From: Chitinophagales bacterium
GTDB lineage: Bacteria > Bacteroidota > Bacteroidia > Chitinophagales > BACL12
NCBI GenBank assembly: GCA_044227505.1
Contig: JBGAWP010000001.1
Location: forward strand, 26,731 to 90,730
DNA length: 64,000 nt
Direction of reading: 5' to 3'
The notes under the pieces were generated by a model. It did no database searches. It saw only the letters and a program-made list of their open reading frames with translations, and was not told the origin of the DNA. A program made the translations under genes and the position numbers. Of the stretch, positions 53,105-61,592 are shown piece after piece; positions within the stretch are counted from its first letter, which is position 1, and the number at the start of each line of letters is the position of its first letter.

Positions 53105-55690
53105 ATGCTTAAGAATCTTTACTTACTGTTTCTTTCCTTAATTCTATGTACTATCGTTAACTCCCAGGTTGTGATTAAAGGCCACGTATCTGAATACGAC
53201 GGAGGTGCACTTATAGGTGCCACCGTAGTTGAAAAGGGCACTACCAATGGCACCTTGGCCGATGTTGACGGTAATTTTACCATCACGCTCAGCAGCACTC
53301 CTGCAACGCTCGTGTTTACCTATGTGGGTTATGCTACACAGGAGATCGAGGTTACTGCACAAACTACCTTGCGTGTAATATTGGAGGCAGATTCCTATAG
53401 TTTAAGCCAGGTGGAAGTGCTGGGAACCAGAAGTTTGAACAGATCTTCCACCGAAAGTATGGTACCCATTGATATAATTGATGTTAGTGCATTTACCGCT
53501 GCTAATGGTCAATTGGATATGAATCAGTTATTACAATATGCTGCTCCTTCCTTTAATTCCAATCGGCAGAGCGGAAGTGATGGTGCCGATCATATTGACC
53601 CTGCAACATTAAGAGGATTGGGTCCGGATCAAACATTAGTTCTTGTAAATGGAAAAAGATATCATCAATCATCTCTTATAAATATTTTTGGTACTCGCGG
53701 TAGAGGAAATACAGGAACTGATTTAAATACAATACCTGCTGCCGCAATTGAAAGAATTGAAATTTTACGCGATGGTGCATCTGCACAATATGGATCAGAT
53801 GCAATTGCGGGGGTAATCAATATTGTTTTAAAAGATAATGTAAATGAATTTACCGGCAATGTAAATACCTCCGGAAATCTCGCACAATATAATTTCGACC
53901 AGGGTTCCATCGATGGGCAAAATTTGCAAATAAATGGAAATTATGGATTTGATATTGGTGAAAAAGGCTTTCTGAATGTAACAGCAGATTATCATTATCG
54001 CGGACATACAAATCGCGCAGAATTTACCGGCGATTTTCCCGATAATGTGGATGTGCGCAATCAGTATGGTGATGCTGAGGTTACAGATTTTTCAGCTTGG
54101 TTCAATATGAAATATCAGTTAAACGGAAATGCACACTTTTATGCTTTCGGAGGATATAACACTAGAGATGTTGCCGCTTATGCTTATACAAGAGATGCTG
54201 GCAGTCCGAGAAATGTTACTTCACTTTACGAAAAGGGATTTGATCCCGTTATTGCATCCATTGTAACAGATAAGTCTGTTTCAGGAGGAATTCGCGGTGA
54301 TATTCATGGTTGGGATGTTGATTTTAATAATACCTTCGGAGCAAATAAAATGCATTATTATGGAAGAGAAACATTAAATGCTTCTATGGGTGATGCATCT
54401 CCAACTGAATTTGATGACGGCGGATTTTCATTAGCGCAAAATTCAACTAGTCTTAATTTTACAAAATATTTTGCCAGCGTTTTACAGGGATTAAATATTG
54501 CTTATGGTGCGGAATATCGCATTGATAATTATCAGATCTTTGCAGGCGAAGAAGCTTCATGGTATAATTACGGAGCAGTATTAATTGATGGTGAAGATAC
54601 CATTGGCAGACCTGGCGGTTCACAAGGGTTTCCGGGCTTTCAACCAAAAGATGTAACCAATGAATTCCGCTCTAATCTCGGAGCTTATTTTGATGTGGAA
54701 GCAAATTTTACGGAACAATTTTCTGCGGATGCTGCCTTGCGTTATGAAAATTATTCTGACTTCGGAAATACTGTGAATGGAAAATTAGCGGCACGATTTG
54801 CAATAAATGAAAAATTTGCATTCAGAGGATCTTTTAGCACAGGTTTCAGAGCACCATCTTTAGCACAAATTTATTTTAGTTCCACTTACACAAATGTGGA
54901 AGCAGGGGTAATTATTGATGAGGTTATTGCGGATAATAAAAGCACTATTGCCCGTCAACTCGGTATACCCGCATTAAAACAGGAAGAAAGTATGAATGGC
55001 AGTTTTGGATTTACGGCAAAACCAATGACCGGATTATCCTTAACGATAGATGGATATTATATCACCATAAATGACCGTATCGTATTAACCGATGGGTTCG
55101 GAACAGATGATGATATTATCGGCGGAATTCTATCTGATCTTAATGTTGGTTATGCAAGATTTTTTACCAATGCAGTGGACACAAAAACAATGGGTGTGGA
55201 TGTTATTCTTGCTTATAAAATTTATATGCAGGAAAATGCCCTCACATTTACCTATGCCGGAAATTTTAATCAGATGACAATTGAAAATATTTATACCAAC
55301 GATCTGCTAACCGGAAAGGAAGATAATTATTTCAGTTTGCGTGAGCAATATTTTTTAATTGCAAGTGCTCCACCTGCTAAAATGAATTTAACAGTAGAAT
55401 ACTCCACGAAAAAATTAAATGCAACATTGCGCGCTAATTATTTCGGCGAGATTAATTTAATTAATTACAGTGGATTGGAATATACTTATTCAGCTAAAAC
55501 AACAATTGATGCAAGTATAGGTTACGATATCACTAAAAATTCACATCTGACTATAGGTGCTGCAAACTTATTAAACACCTATCCTGATCCAACAGATCCA
55601 TACGAAACAGAAACCGGTGGTGCCTGGGATGCAGTGCAAATGGGATATAATGGAACGGCGGTGTTTGCGAAACTTGGGTTTAAGTTTTGA
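53105..55690 (+). CDS. TonB-dependent outer membrane receptor with an N-terminal carboxypeptidase-regulatory-like domain
   Basis: It has a signal peptide. The CarbopepD_reg-like segment is VIKGHVSEYDGGALIGATVVEKGT..TDVDGNFTI. Plug motifs are LRGLGPDQTLVLVNGKRY and IERIEILRDGASAQYGSDAIAGVINIVLK. The C-terminus is aromatic (LGFKF). Confidence 0.9.
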   Translation: MLKNLYLLFLSLILCTIVNSQVVIKGHVSEYDGGALIGATVVEKGTTNGTLADVDGNFTITLSSTPATLVFTYVGYATQEIEVTAQTTLRVILEADSYSLSQVEVLGTRSLNRSSTESMVPIDIIDVSAFTAANGQLDMNQLLQYAAPSFNSNRQSGSDGADHIDPATLRGLGPDQTLVLVNGKRYHQSSLINIFGTRGRGNTGTDLNTIPAAAIERIEILRDGASAQYGSDAIAGVINIVLKDNVNEFTGNVNTSGNLAQYNFDQGSIDGQNLQINGNYGFDIGEKGFLNVTADYHYRGHTNRAEFTGDFPDNVDVRNQYGDAEVTDFSAWFNMKYQLNGNAHFYAFGGYNTRDVAAYAYTRDAGSPRNVTSLYEKGFDPVIASIVTDKSVSGGIRGDIHGWDVDFNNTFGANKMHYYGRETLNASMGDASPTEFDDGGFSLAQNSTSLNFTKYFASVLQGLNIAYGAEYRIDNYQIFAGEEASWYNYGAVLIDGEDTIGRPGGSQGFPGFQPKDVTNEFRSNLGAYFDVEANFTEQFSADAALRYENYSDFGNTVNGKLAARFAINEKFAFRGSFSTGFRAPSLAQIYFSSTYTNVEAGVIIDEVIADNKSTIARQLGIPALKQEESMNGSFGFTAKPMTGLSLTIDGYYITINDRIVLTDGFGTDDDIIGGILSDLNVGYARFFTNAVDTKTMGVDVILAYKIYMQENALTFTYAGNFNQMTIENIYTNDLLTGKEDNYFSLREQYFLIASAPPAKMNLTVEYSTKKLNATLRANYFGEINLINYSGLEYTYSAKTTIDASIGYDITKNSHLTIGAANLLNTYPDPTDPYETETGGAWDAVQMGYNGTAVFAKLGFKF

Positions 55691-55945
55691 AATGAGTAAT
55701 GAGTTATGAGCCTGCCTGCCGACTGCGTCAGCGTCAGGCAGGTAATGAGTGTGATCCGGGTAGGATTATGCTCACCACTCACCATTTACGTAATAGTCGC
55801 AGTCTCAGTAAGCAGTTTTAAGCCAGCTGAGTCTTACTTCGCATTCACGTATGAGTAATGAGCCTGCCTGCCGACTGCGTCAGCGTCAGGCAGGTAATGA
55901 GTTTGATCCGAGTAGGAGTAAGCTCACTACTCACCACTCACTATT
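55691..55945. repeat. Two direct units of about 95 bp, each carrying AATGAGT words, a 32-nt GC-rich palindromic element and CACTCAC words
   Basis: Unit 1 spans 55691-55790 and unit 2 spans 55850-55945. The identical 32-mer CCTGCCTGCCGACTGCGTCAGCGTCAGGCAGG lies at 55711-55742 and 55863-55894. Next to them a 13-bp-stem hairpin at 55936-55973 is formed by inverted CACTCAC-type words. Confidence 0.95.
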
Positions 55946-55989
55946 CACAAAGGGTGAGTGGTGAATAGTGAGTAGGGAGTGACTCTATC

Positions 55990-56700
55990 ACCGGAAGATA
56001 TACCTTCGAACCAAGCTGAATAAATAACCAATAACAATCAAAAAATAAAAAACATTTATCGGATCGACTACCCGGAAGTCCCTCCTTCGAAGGGAACCTA
56101 TAGAACAATAATATCGAATACCGAACAAGGAATAAAGAATATTAATCGGATTGACATCCCGGATGATTTTCCTCCGAAATGAAACTTTCAATGTAAACGA
56201 AAAATATACTCCCCTATAGGGTAGGGGGCCCTTCGGATCGACACACTGGAGATTTTCCTCCGTAATAAACCCCTTCAACTCCTTCAACCAATCTCACCTC
56301 AAAGTTTCAAGTAGAATCGGAATTCCCTCTGTAATGAACCTTGCGAACCCAATTTAATATCGAACCTGCCTGCCGGTAGGCAGGTAAAGAACAAGGAATA
56401 AAGAACCTGTCTGCCGGCAGTCGCCAGGCAGGCATCTAACATGTCGACAATCCTGAAGATTTTCCTCCGCAACAAACCAAATTAATATCCAATAACAATC
56501 AAGAAATAAAAAATAACAATCGGATTCTCTCCCGGATGATTATCCTCCGTAACAAACCCCTTTAACCCCTTCAACTCCTTCAACCAATCTCGCCTCATGG
56601 TTTCAGGTAGAACCGGAGTCTCCCTCCGTAATGAACTCAGAACCTGCCTGACGCTGACGCAGTCGGCAGGCAGGCCCCGAACCCAGAACTGAAACATGCA
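55990..56700. repeat. Array of the approximately 80-bp modular element (same family as 26491-26810) with nested GC-rich palindromes and an approximately 295-bp higher-order repeat
   Basis: Element copies lie at about 56027-56098, 56107-56186, 56231-56271, 56355-56477 and 56482-56558. The unit CCTTCAACTCCTTCAACCAATCTC(A/G)CCTCA..GTTTCA.GTAGAA.CGGA...CCCTC.GTAATGAAC occurs at 56269-56340 and 56566-56636. Palindromes lie at 56365-56384, 56406-56432 and 56643-56674. Confidence 0.9.
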
Positions 56701-56765
56701 GTGATCGACGCAGGAGATCTACTACATGTCAGAACCCCGAACTTTTTTCTCCCCCCTTTAGTTTA

Positions 56766-56773
56766 TACCTTTG
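56766..56773 (+). promoter_or_regulatory. Candidate -7 box (TAccTTTG) for the NifU-like gene
   Basis: TACCTTTG matches the TAnnTTTG consensus and lies 16 nt upstream of the ATG at 56789. I see no clear -33 TTTG. Confidence 0.3.
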
Positions 56774-56788
56774 CAAAAAGAAAAGACT

Positions 56789-57373
56789 ATGAGCAATTTT
56801 ATCGTAAGCATATATACAGAAGGAACCCCGAACCCTGACAGTTTGAAATTTGTGATGAATAAAATGTTGTTGACCGGACAAAGTGTCGACTTCGACAGAG
56901 GAGATAATGTGAGTTATGCGCCTTTGGCGGAGGAATTATTTAACAAATTCGACTTTATTAAGGGTGTATTTATCATGAATAACTTCGTAACGGTTAGAAA
57001 AGAGGCGGAAATTGATTGGTTTGAAGTGAAATCGGGTATCAGTGAATTTATCAAAAATTATGTGAGCGAGGGAAAAACCGTAGTTGGTGAAATTCCTGAA
57101 ATTGATAATATCAGTGGCGAACTGGATGGCGATGCGATCATTGCCAAAATAAAATCCATGTTGGACCAATATGTGAAACCAGCCGTTGAAATGGATGGTG
57201 GTGCAATACAGTTCAAATCTTTCGACAATGGAATTGTTACATTGATGATGCAAGGTTCATGCAGCGGATGTCCTTCTTCTACCGTAACACTAAAATCTGG
57301 AATTGAAGGTTTATTAAAACGTATGGTTCCCGAAGTGAAAGAAGTGGTTGCGGAAAGTGCAGAAATAATTTAA
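56789..57373 (+). CDS. NifU-family Fe-S cluster assembly/carrier protein (Nfu_N plus NifU C-terminal domain)
   Basis: The Nfu_N-like N-terminus is IYTEGTPNPDSLKFVMN. The C-terminal motif is GSCSGCPSSTVTLKSGIE. I prefer the ATG at 56789 over the TTG at 56771. Confidence 0.85.
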   Translation: MSNFIVSIYTEGTPNPDSLKFVMNKMLLTGQSVDFDRGDNVSYAPLAEELFNKFDFIKGVFIMNNFVTVRKEAEIDWFEVKSGISEFIKNYVSEGKTVVGEIPEIDNISGELDGDAIIAKIKSMLDQYVKPAVEMDGGAIQFKSFDNGIVTLMMQGSCSGCPSSTVTLKSGIEGLLKRMVPEVKEVVAESAEII

Positions 57374-57384
57374 ATAATAAGTTG

Positions 57385-59244
57385 CTATTTTATAAACACG
57401 ATCTTTTTTGAGATCGTGTTTCTTTTTGTAATAAAACTGCATATATATTCTCCGGAGGAAAATTCAGACACATTTATTTTCTCTACATACAATCCTGTTT
57501 GAGCTGAATAGGAATTCTCAAATATAATTTTACCCTGCAGATCGAAAATGGCGATCTGAAAATCAGTATTTTCAAAAAGTGCATACTGAATAGTAAGGAT
57601 ATCGTGAACTGGATTGGGATAAGTTCCTAATACCACTATATCAAATTCATTTATATTGATAGATGCAGTGTCAGGCGCCTGTGGACATTCAGGTGCCAGA
57701 GGAATTTTTTTATGTTCGGGTCTTATAGTTGCTGAATCGCTGTGAAATAAAAAATTATCTCCATCCGGACAATACCAGCTGTCGTCATAATTATAATTGG
57801 TATCGATGGAATTAATATTATTAATGAAATAATAATCGCCCTGTGTTTTTGTTTTGCTGATATCAAGCATTAAAAAACCGCGATGTTCAATATCTATAAA
57901 TTTAATATGCTCATTCATGAGTTGAATTGCATCTTCCGCCCAACCCAATTCCATACTTGGTGAGGTAACGCTAGGCCCTACAAATTCCACTGCAGCACTA
58001 CCCAAATGCACACCCGGGCTATAAGAAGGTGTTGCAACATCATTTGCCCAGGAGGAATGAATATCGCCGGTTAAAATTACTTTATTGGATGGTATGCTAT
58101 CGCGTAAAAATTGTAAAAATATTTCCTGGTCCTGAGGATAGCCATCCCATTGATCGTCATTGATCGGAATTCCGAAAGCTGTTAATGGAGATACCATAAC
58201 CTGTTGCCCAATCACTTTCCATTGAGCATTCGAATTCTTCAAGTTATTGAATAACCAATTGCGTTGTGTTAAACTAATAATATGTCGCGAAGTATCATCC
58301 CAATTCGTGTCAAAATAATCGAGTTGTTTGTCGCGATCATCAATACGCGTATCTAACACATACAGGTCGGCGAGGTCGCCGAAATTAAATGCGCGATATG
58401 TTTTATTGGGAAATAATGTATCGTTGCTTTTTCTTACCGGCATCCAATCGAAATAGGCGTCTTCGGCACAATTTACTCTTTCGTCCCAATCTCCCTCAAA
58501 TAAAGGTTGGTGATTTACCGCTCCGTCATTATAGGCATTATCTGCAAATTCATGATCATCCCACAGACAAATAAATGGAAAATTTTGATGTAAGGTTCTA
58601 AGTTGTGCATCTAATTTATATTGTGAATGTCGGGTGTGATAATCAGAAAGATCAATAATTTCATCATCGGGTTCATAAGGACGGTCCACAGCATTATTAT
58701 ATCCGTATCCGTCGCTTTCATATTCATAAATATAATCCCCTAAGAAAATGACAGCATCAAAATCATTTCTTTTTGTAATGATATCATACACATTAAAATA
58801 ACCCGCATTTAAACTTGCACAGGAAATAACTGCAAACCTTATACTGTCAACATCTCCAATTGGTAATGTTTTAGTGCGACCTGTGAGAGAGTGCAATCCA
58901 TTGTAAGTAAATTGATAGTAATACCAGGTATTGGCATTTAATCCGCTTACCTCAATATGCAAACAAAAATCGCTGTTGATATCCGCCTCAGATGTACCCG
59001 AAGCAACTATGGAAGTGAATAATGTATCTGTTGCAACACGCCATGAAACAGAGGGCGTTTCGTCATCTTCAACAGTAATGCGCGTCCAGATTATAAATCC
59101 ATCCGCACTTGGATCGCCGGAGGCCACACCATGATAAAATGGCGCCAATAAACTATCCGCTTCACACCTTATCTTATAATTAGTTTGGCCGATCGATGCG
59201 TGTGTGGAAATAAATAAAAACAGGTATAAAAGTGTATGTTTCAT
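57385..59244 (-). CDS. PhoD-family alkaline phosphatase/phosphodiesterase with a T9SS type A CTD
   Basis: Motifs are FAVISCASL, IFLGDYIYEY and LWDDHEFADN. It has a signal peptide. The C-terminal tail is LGTYPNPVHDILTIQY...GEYICSFITKRNTISKKIVFIK. Confidence 0.85.
   Translation of the reverse strand: MKHTLLYLFLFISTHASIGQTNYKIRCEADSLLAPFYHGVASGDPSADGFIIWTRITVEDDETPSVSWRVATDTLFTSIVASGTSEADINSDFCLHIEVSGLNANTWYYYQFTYNGLHSLTGRTKTLPIGDVDSIRFAVISCASLNAGYFNVYDIITKRNDFDAVIFLGDYIYEYESDGYGYNNAVDRPYEPDDEIIDLSDYHTRHSQYKLDAQLRTLHQNFPFICLWDDHEFADNAYNDGAVNHQPLFEGDWDERVNCAEDAYFDWMPVRKSNDTLFPNKTYRAFNFGDLADLYVLDTRIDDRDKQLDYFDTNWDDTSRHIISLTQRNWLFNNLKNSNAQWKVIGQQVMVSPLTAFGIPINDDQWDGYPQDQEIFLQFLRDSIPSNKVILTGDIHSSWANDVATPSYSPGVHLGSAAVEFVGPSVTSPSMELGWAEDAIQLMNEHIKFIDIEHRGFLMLDISKTKTQGDYYFINNINSIDTNYNYDDSWYCPDGDNFLFHSDSATIRPEHKKIPLAPECPQAPDTASININEFDIVVLGTYPNPVHDILTIQYALFENTDFQIAIFDLQGKIIFENSYSAQTGLYVEKINVSEFSSGEYICSFITKRNTISKKIVFIK
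57394..57427 (+). terminator. Rho-independent terminator for the NifU-like gene, embedded in the 3' end of the convergent PhoD gene
   Basis: AAACACGATCT (57394-57404) pairs with AGATCGTGTTT (57411-57421) around a 6-nt loop, followed by CTTTTTG. It begins 21 nt after the stop at 57373. Confidence 0.5.
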
Positions 59245-60161
59245 TCTGCTTCAAAAAAATCTTTTATTTCTTTTTCATTAATGCTTCTGTAATTGTATTG
59301 ATGCACTACTTTGCCATTTTCCAATAAATAAATACTGGGGACAGATGGCCCGGCAATGGAAAAAAATTGTTTCATGGGTAAGAAGTCGTAACGGTATTTT
59401 TCAGAATTACTCTCCTCCCAAAAGTTGTTCAATAAATTTTCGTCGCCTGTAAATATATAAATAGTATTTTCAGAAAGGTTGTATTTCTGCGAAATCAATG
59501 AAATTTTATTCGCTGCATGTATACAATACTTGCAGGTTACACTGAACATGCATACCATTTTTTTATTTTCACCAACATTCAACGTGTCTGATACCGGAGA
59601 ATCGGCAATACGGGCAGAGATGGTCTCCAATGTATATCCACCGGGTTGCTCCCAATTTATCAAAAAATCGGGTCGTGATAATACTGGTGGAAGCGCGAAA
59701 CAAAATACAATGGAAAATAATAAAATATTGGATTGAAATTTAAGTTGAAAAGGGTTTTCTTTTTTTATCAAAAACAACAACCCGATCAAAATTATATTTT
59801 TCACAAGTGATTCTAACGGAGATAAACGAAGCATTTCTCCGAAACAATGGCAGTTTTCTTTTTCACCCCTGATAACCTGATATAAAAGAAAAAGTGAAAA
59901 AATGGTAAGAAGTATAACCGTTATTCGCCAAATAATAGCATACCGAATGTTGGTTATCAATAAAATTCCCAATAATAATTCAACGCTTATAATTAAGCGG
60001 GCTATTATTGCAGCAGTGTTAAAATTAAACCATTGCAGGCTAAAAATGTATAGTTCGAAGGTGTCAATTGAAACTAACTTAAATATGGCTGATAAAATAA
60101 ATACAGTTCCAATTAGTATTCTGATGAAATGATGGAAGAATGATTTTGGAATGAATTTCAT
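59241..60161 (-). CDS. MauE/DoxX-like membrane domain fused to a thioredoxin-like (CxxC) domain
   Basis: Four N-terminal TM helices begin RILIGTVFILSAIFKL. The C-terminal soluble part, KKMVCMFSVTCKYCIHAA, carries CKYC. Its stop overlaps the PhoD start by 4 nt. Confidence 0.5.
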   Translation of the reverse strand: MKFIPKSFFHHFIRILIGTVFILSAIFKLVSIDTFELYIFSLQWFNFNTAAIIARLIISVELLLGILLITNIRYAIIWRITVILLTIFSLFLLYQVIRGEKENCHCFGEMLRLSPLESLVKNIILIGLLFLIKKENPFQLKFQSNILLFSIVFCFALPPVLSRPDFLINWEQPGGYTLETISARIADSPVSDTLNVGENKKMVCMFSVTCKYCIHAANKISLISQKYNLSENTIYIFTGDENLLNNFWEESNSEKYRYDFLPMKQFFSIAGPSVPSIYLLENGKVVHQYNYRSINEKEIKDFFEAE

Positions 60162-60176
60162 GGTGCTCAGAAAAAC

Positions 60177-60416
60177 TTAAAAAGGTTCACAATCCACTGT
60201 TTTTGTAATTCCGAATTCTGTTGTTTCTGAATCAAAGGCATCGCAGGTTTTGTTTGCATCTCGCCCTTCGCCTACCAGCGTATAGGTTGTGTCGAAACCG
60301 GAAACATCCTGATAACAATCGCATCTGAATTCTTTATCGCAGGAATTTAAAAGTAACACAAATGCAAAAAGTGTGATAAAGAAAATGAAATATTTTGTTG
60401 CTGATTGGAATTTCAT
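60177..60416 (-). CDS. Small Cys-rich putative lipoprotein (79 aa)
   Basis: I chose the ATG at 60416 (MKFQSATKYFIFFITLFAFVLLLNSC, lipobox-like). The track start at 60500 would overlap rlmN. The mature part has six Cys. Confidence 0.45.
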   Translation of the reverse strand: MKFQSATKYFIFFITLFAFVLLLNSCDKEFRCDCYQDVSGFDTTYTLVGEGRDANKTCDAFDSETTEFGITKTVDCEPF

Positions 60417-60426
60417 TTTTAGTGTT

Positions 60427-61467
60427 TTATTTATTTGCCAATTGACCGCAGGCTGCATCAATGTCTTTCCCTCTGCTTCTTCGAACCACGGCCACAACAT
60501 TATGTTGTTCGAGATAACTTATAAATTTTTCTCTTTGTTCCACTTTTGATTTGTGAAAATCCGCCTCGCGAATCGCATTGTATTCAATAATATTTACTTT
60601 TGCCGGAACTCTTGCGCATAGGGTCACCAGGTTTTTCGCATCCTCCATACTTTCATTTATTCCGTCAAACAAAATATATTCGAAGGTGATGGAATTGCCT
60701 GTTTTTTCATAAAAGTAATTTAATGCTTCTACCAGATCATTTAAGTTATTTGCATCATTGATTGGCATTAATTTACTTCGTTTAATATCATCTGCAGCAT
60801 GGAGAGATAATGCAAGATTAAATTTAACATCATCATCCCCCAATTTTTTTATCATTTTTGCCAAACCTGCAGTGGAAACAGTTATGCGTTTTGCCGAAAT
60901 ATTTAATCCTTCTTCAGAAGTAATTTTATCTATGGCTTCCAAAACATTTTTATAATTCAACAATGGTTCACCCATCCCCATAAAAACAATATTGCTCAAT
61001 GGTTGATCGTGTTCTTTAAGGGCAATTTTATTTAATAATACCACCTGATCATAAATTTCATGTGGTTGCAAATTCCTTTTTGTTTTAATAAACCCAGTTG
61101 CACAAAAGGTGCATCCGAGGTTACATCCCACCTGACTGGATACACAGGCGGTCATTCTGTGTTTTGTGGGGATGAGAACACCTTCAATAAAATGGCCGTC
61201 ATGGAGTTGAAAACGACATTTTACAGTGCCATCGTTACTTTTTTGTTCCATGTTGATTTGCAGGGGAAGTATTTCAAATTCATCCTCTAAAAGTGCTCTT
61301 AGTTCTTTGGAAAGGTTACTCATCTCCTCAAAACGCACAGCACTTTTCTTCCACAACCATTCATGTATTTGATTGGCTCTGAACTTTTTATCGCCTAAAG
61401 CAATGATCTTTTCTGTCAACTCATTCAGGGTTAGATCCCGTATGGCTATTTTTTGCTTTTCCTGCAT
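60427..61467 (-). CDS. rlmN: 23S rRNA/tRNA adenine-C2 methyltransferase RlmN (radical SAM)
   Basis: Motifs are KFRANQIHEWLW, CVSSQVGCNLGCTFCATG, MGMGEPLLN and DIDAACGQL. Confidence 0.95.
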   Translation of the reverse strand: MQEKQKIAIRDLTLNELTEKIIALGDKKFRANQIHEWLWKKSAVRFEEMSNLSKELRALLEDEFEILPLQINMEQKSNDGTVKCRFQLHDGHFIEGVLIPTKHRMTACVSSQVGCNLGCTFCATGFIKTKRNLQPHEIYDQVVLLNKIALKEHDQPLSNIVFMGMGEPLLNYKNVLEAIDKITSEEGLNISAKRITVSTAGLAKMIKKLGDDDVKFNLALSLHAADDIKRSKLMPINDANNLNDLVEALNYFYEKTGNSITFEYILFDGINESMEDAKNLVTLCARVPAKVNIIEYNAIREADFHKSKVEQREKFISYLEQHNVVAVVRRSRGKDIDAACGQLANK

Positions 61468-61592
61468 TTAGGCAAAGATAACCCTTTAATTGCGTGTGTC
61501 TGTCGGATTTCAGTAATCTAAGTCATCGAAAATATTTTGAAATATCGCACAATAGTCGGAACTTCAACCTCCAAAACAAACCGACTGTAGGA

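Noticed and set aside
55988-56697. Track ORFs 55988-56287 and 56482-56697, and similarly 26285-26581 and 25006-25203, which lie inside repeat blocks
   Set aside because: Their sequences are low-complexity read-through of tandem and dispersed repeat units. The same units occur elsewhere in other frames and orientations, so protein-coding conservation is implausible.
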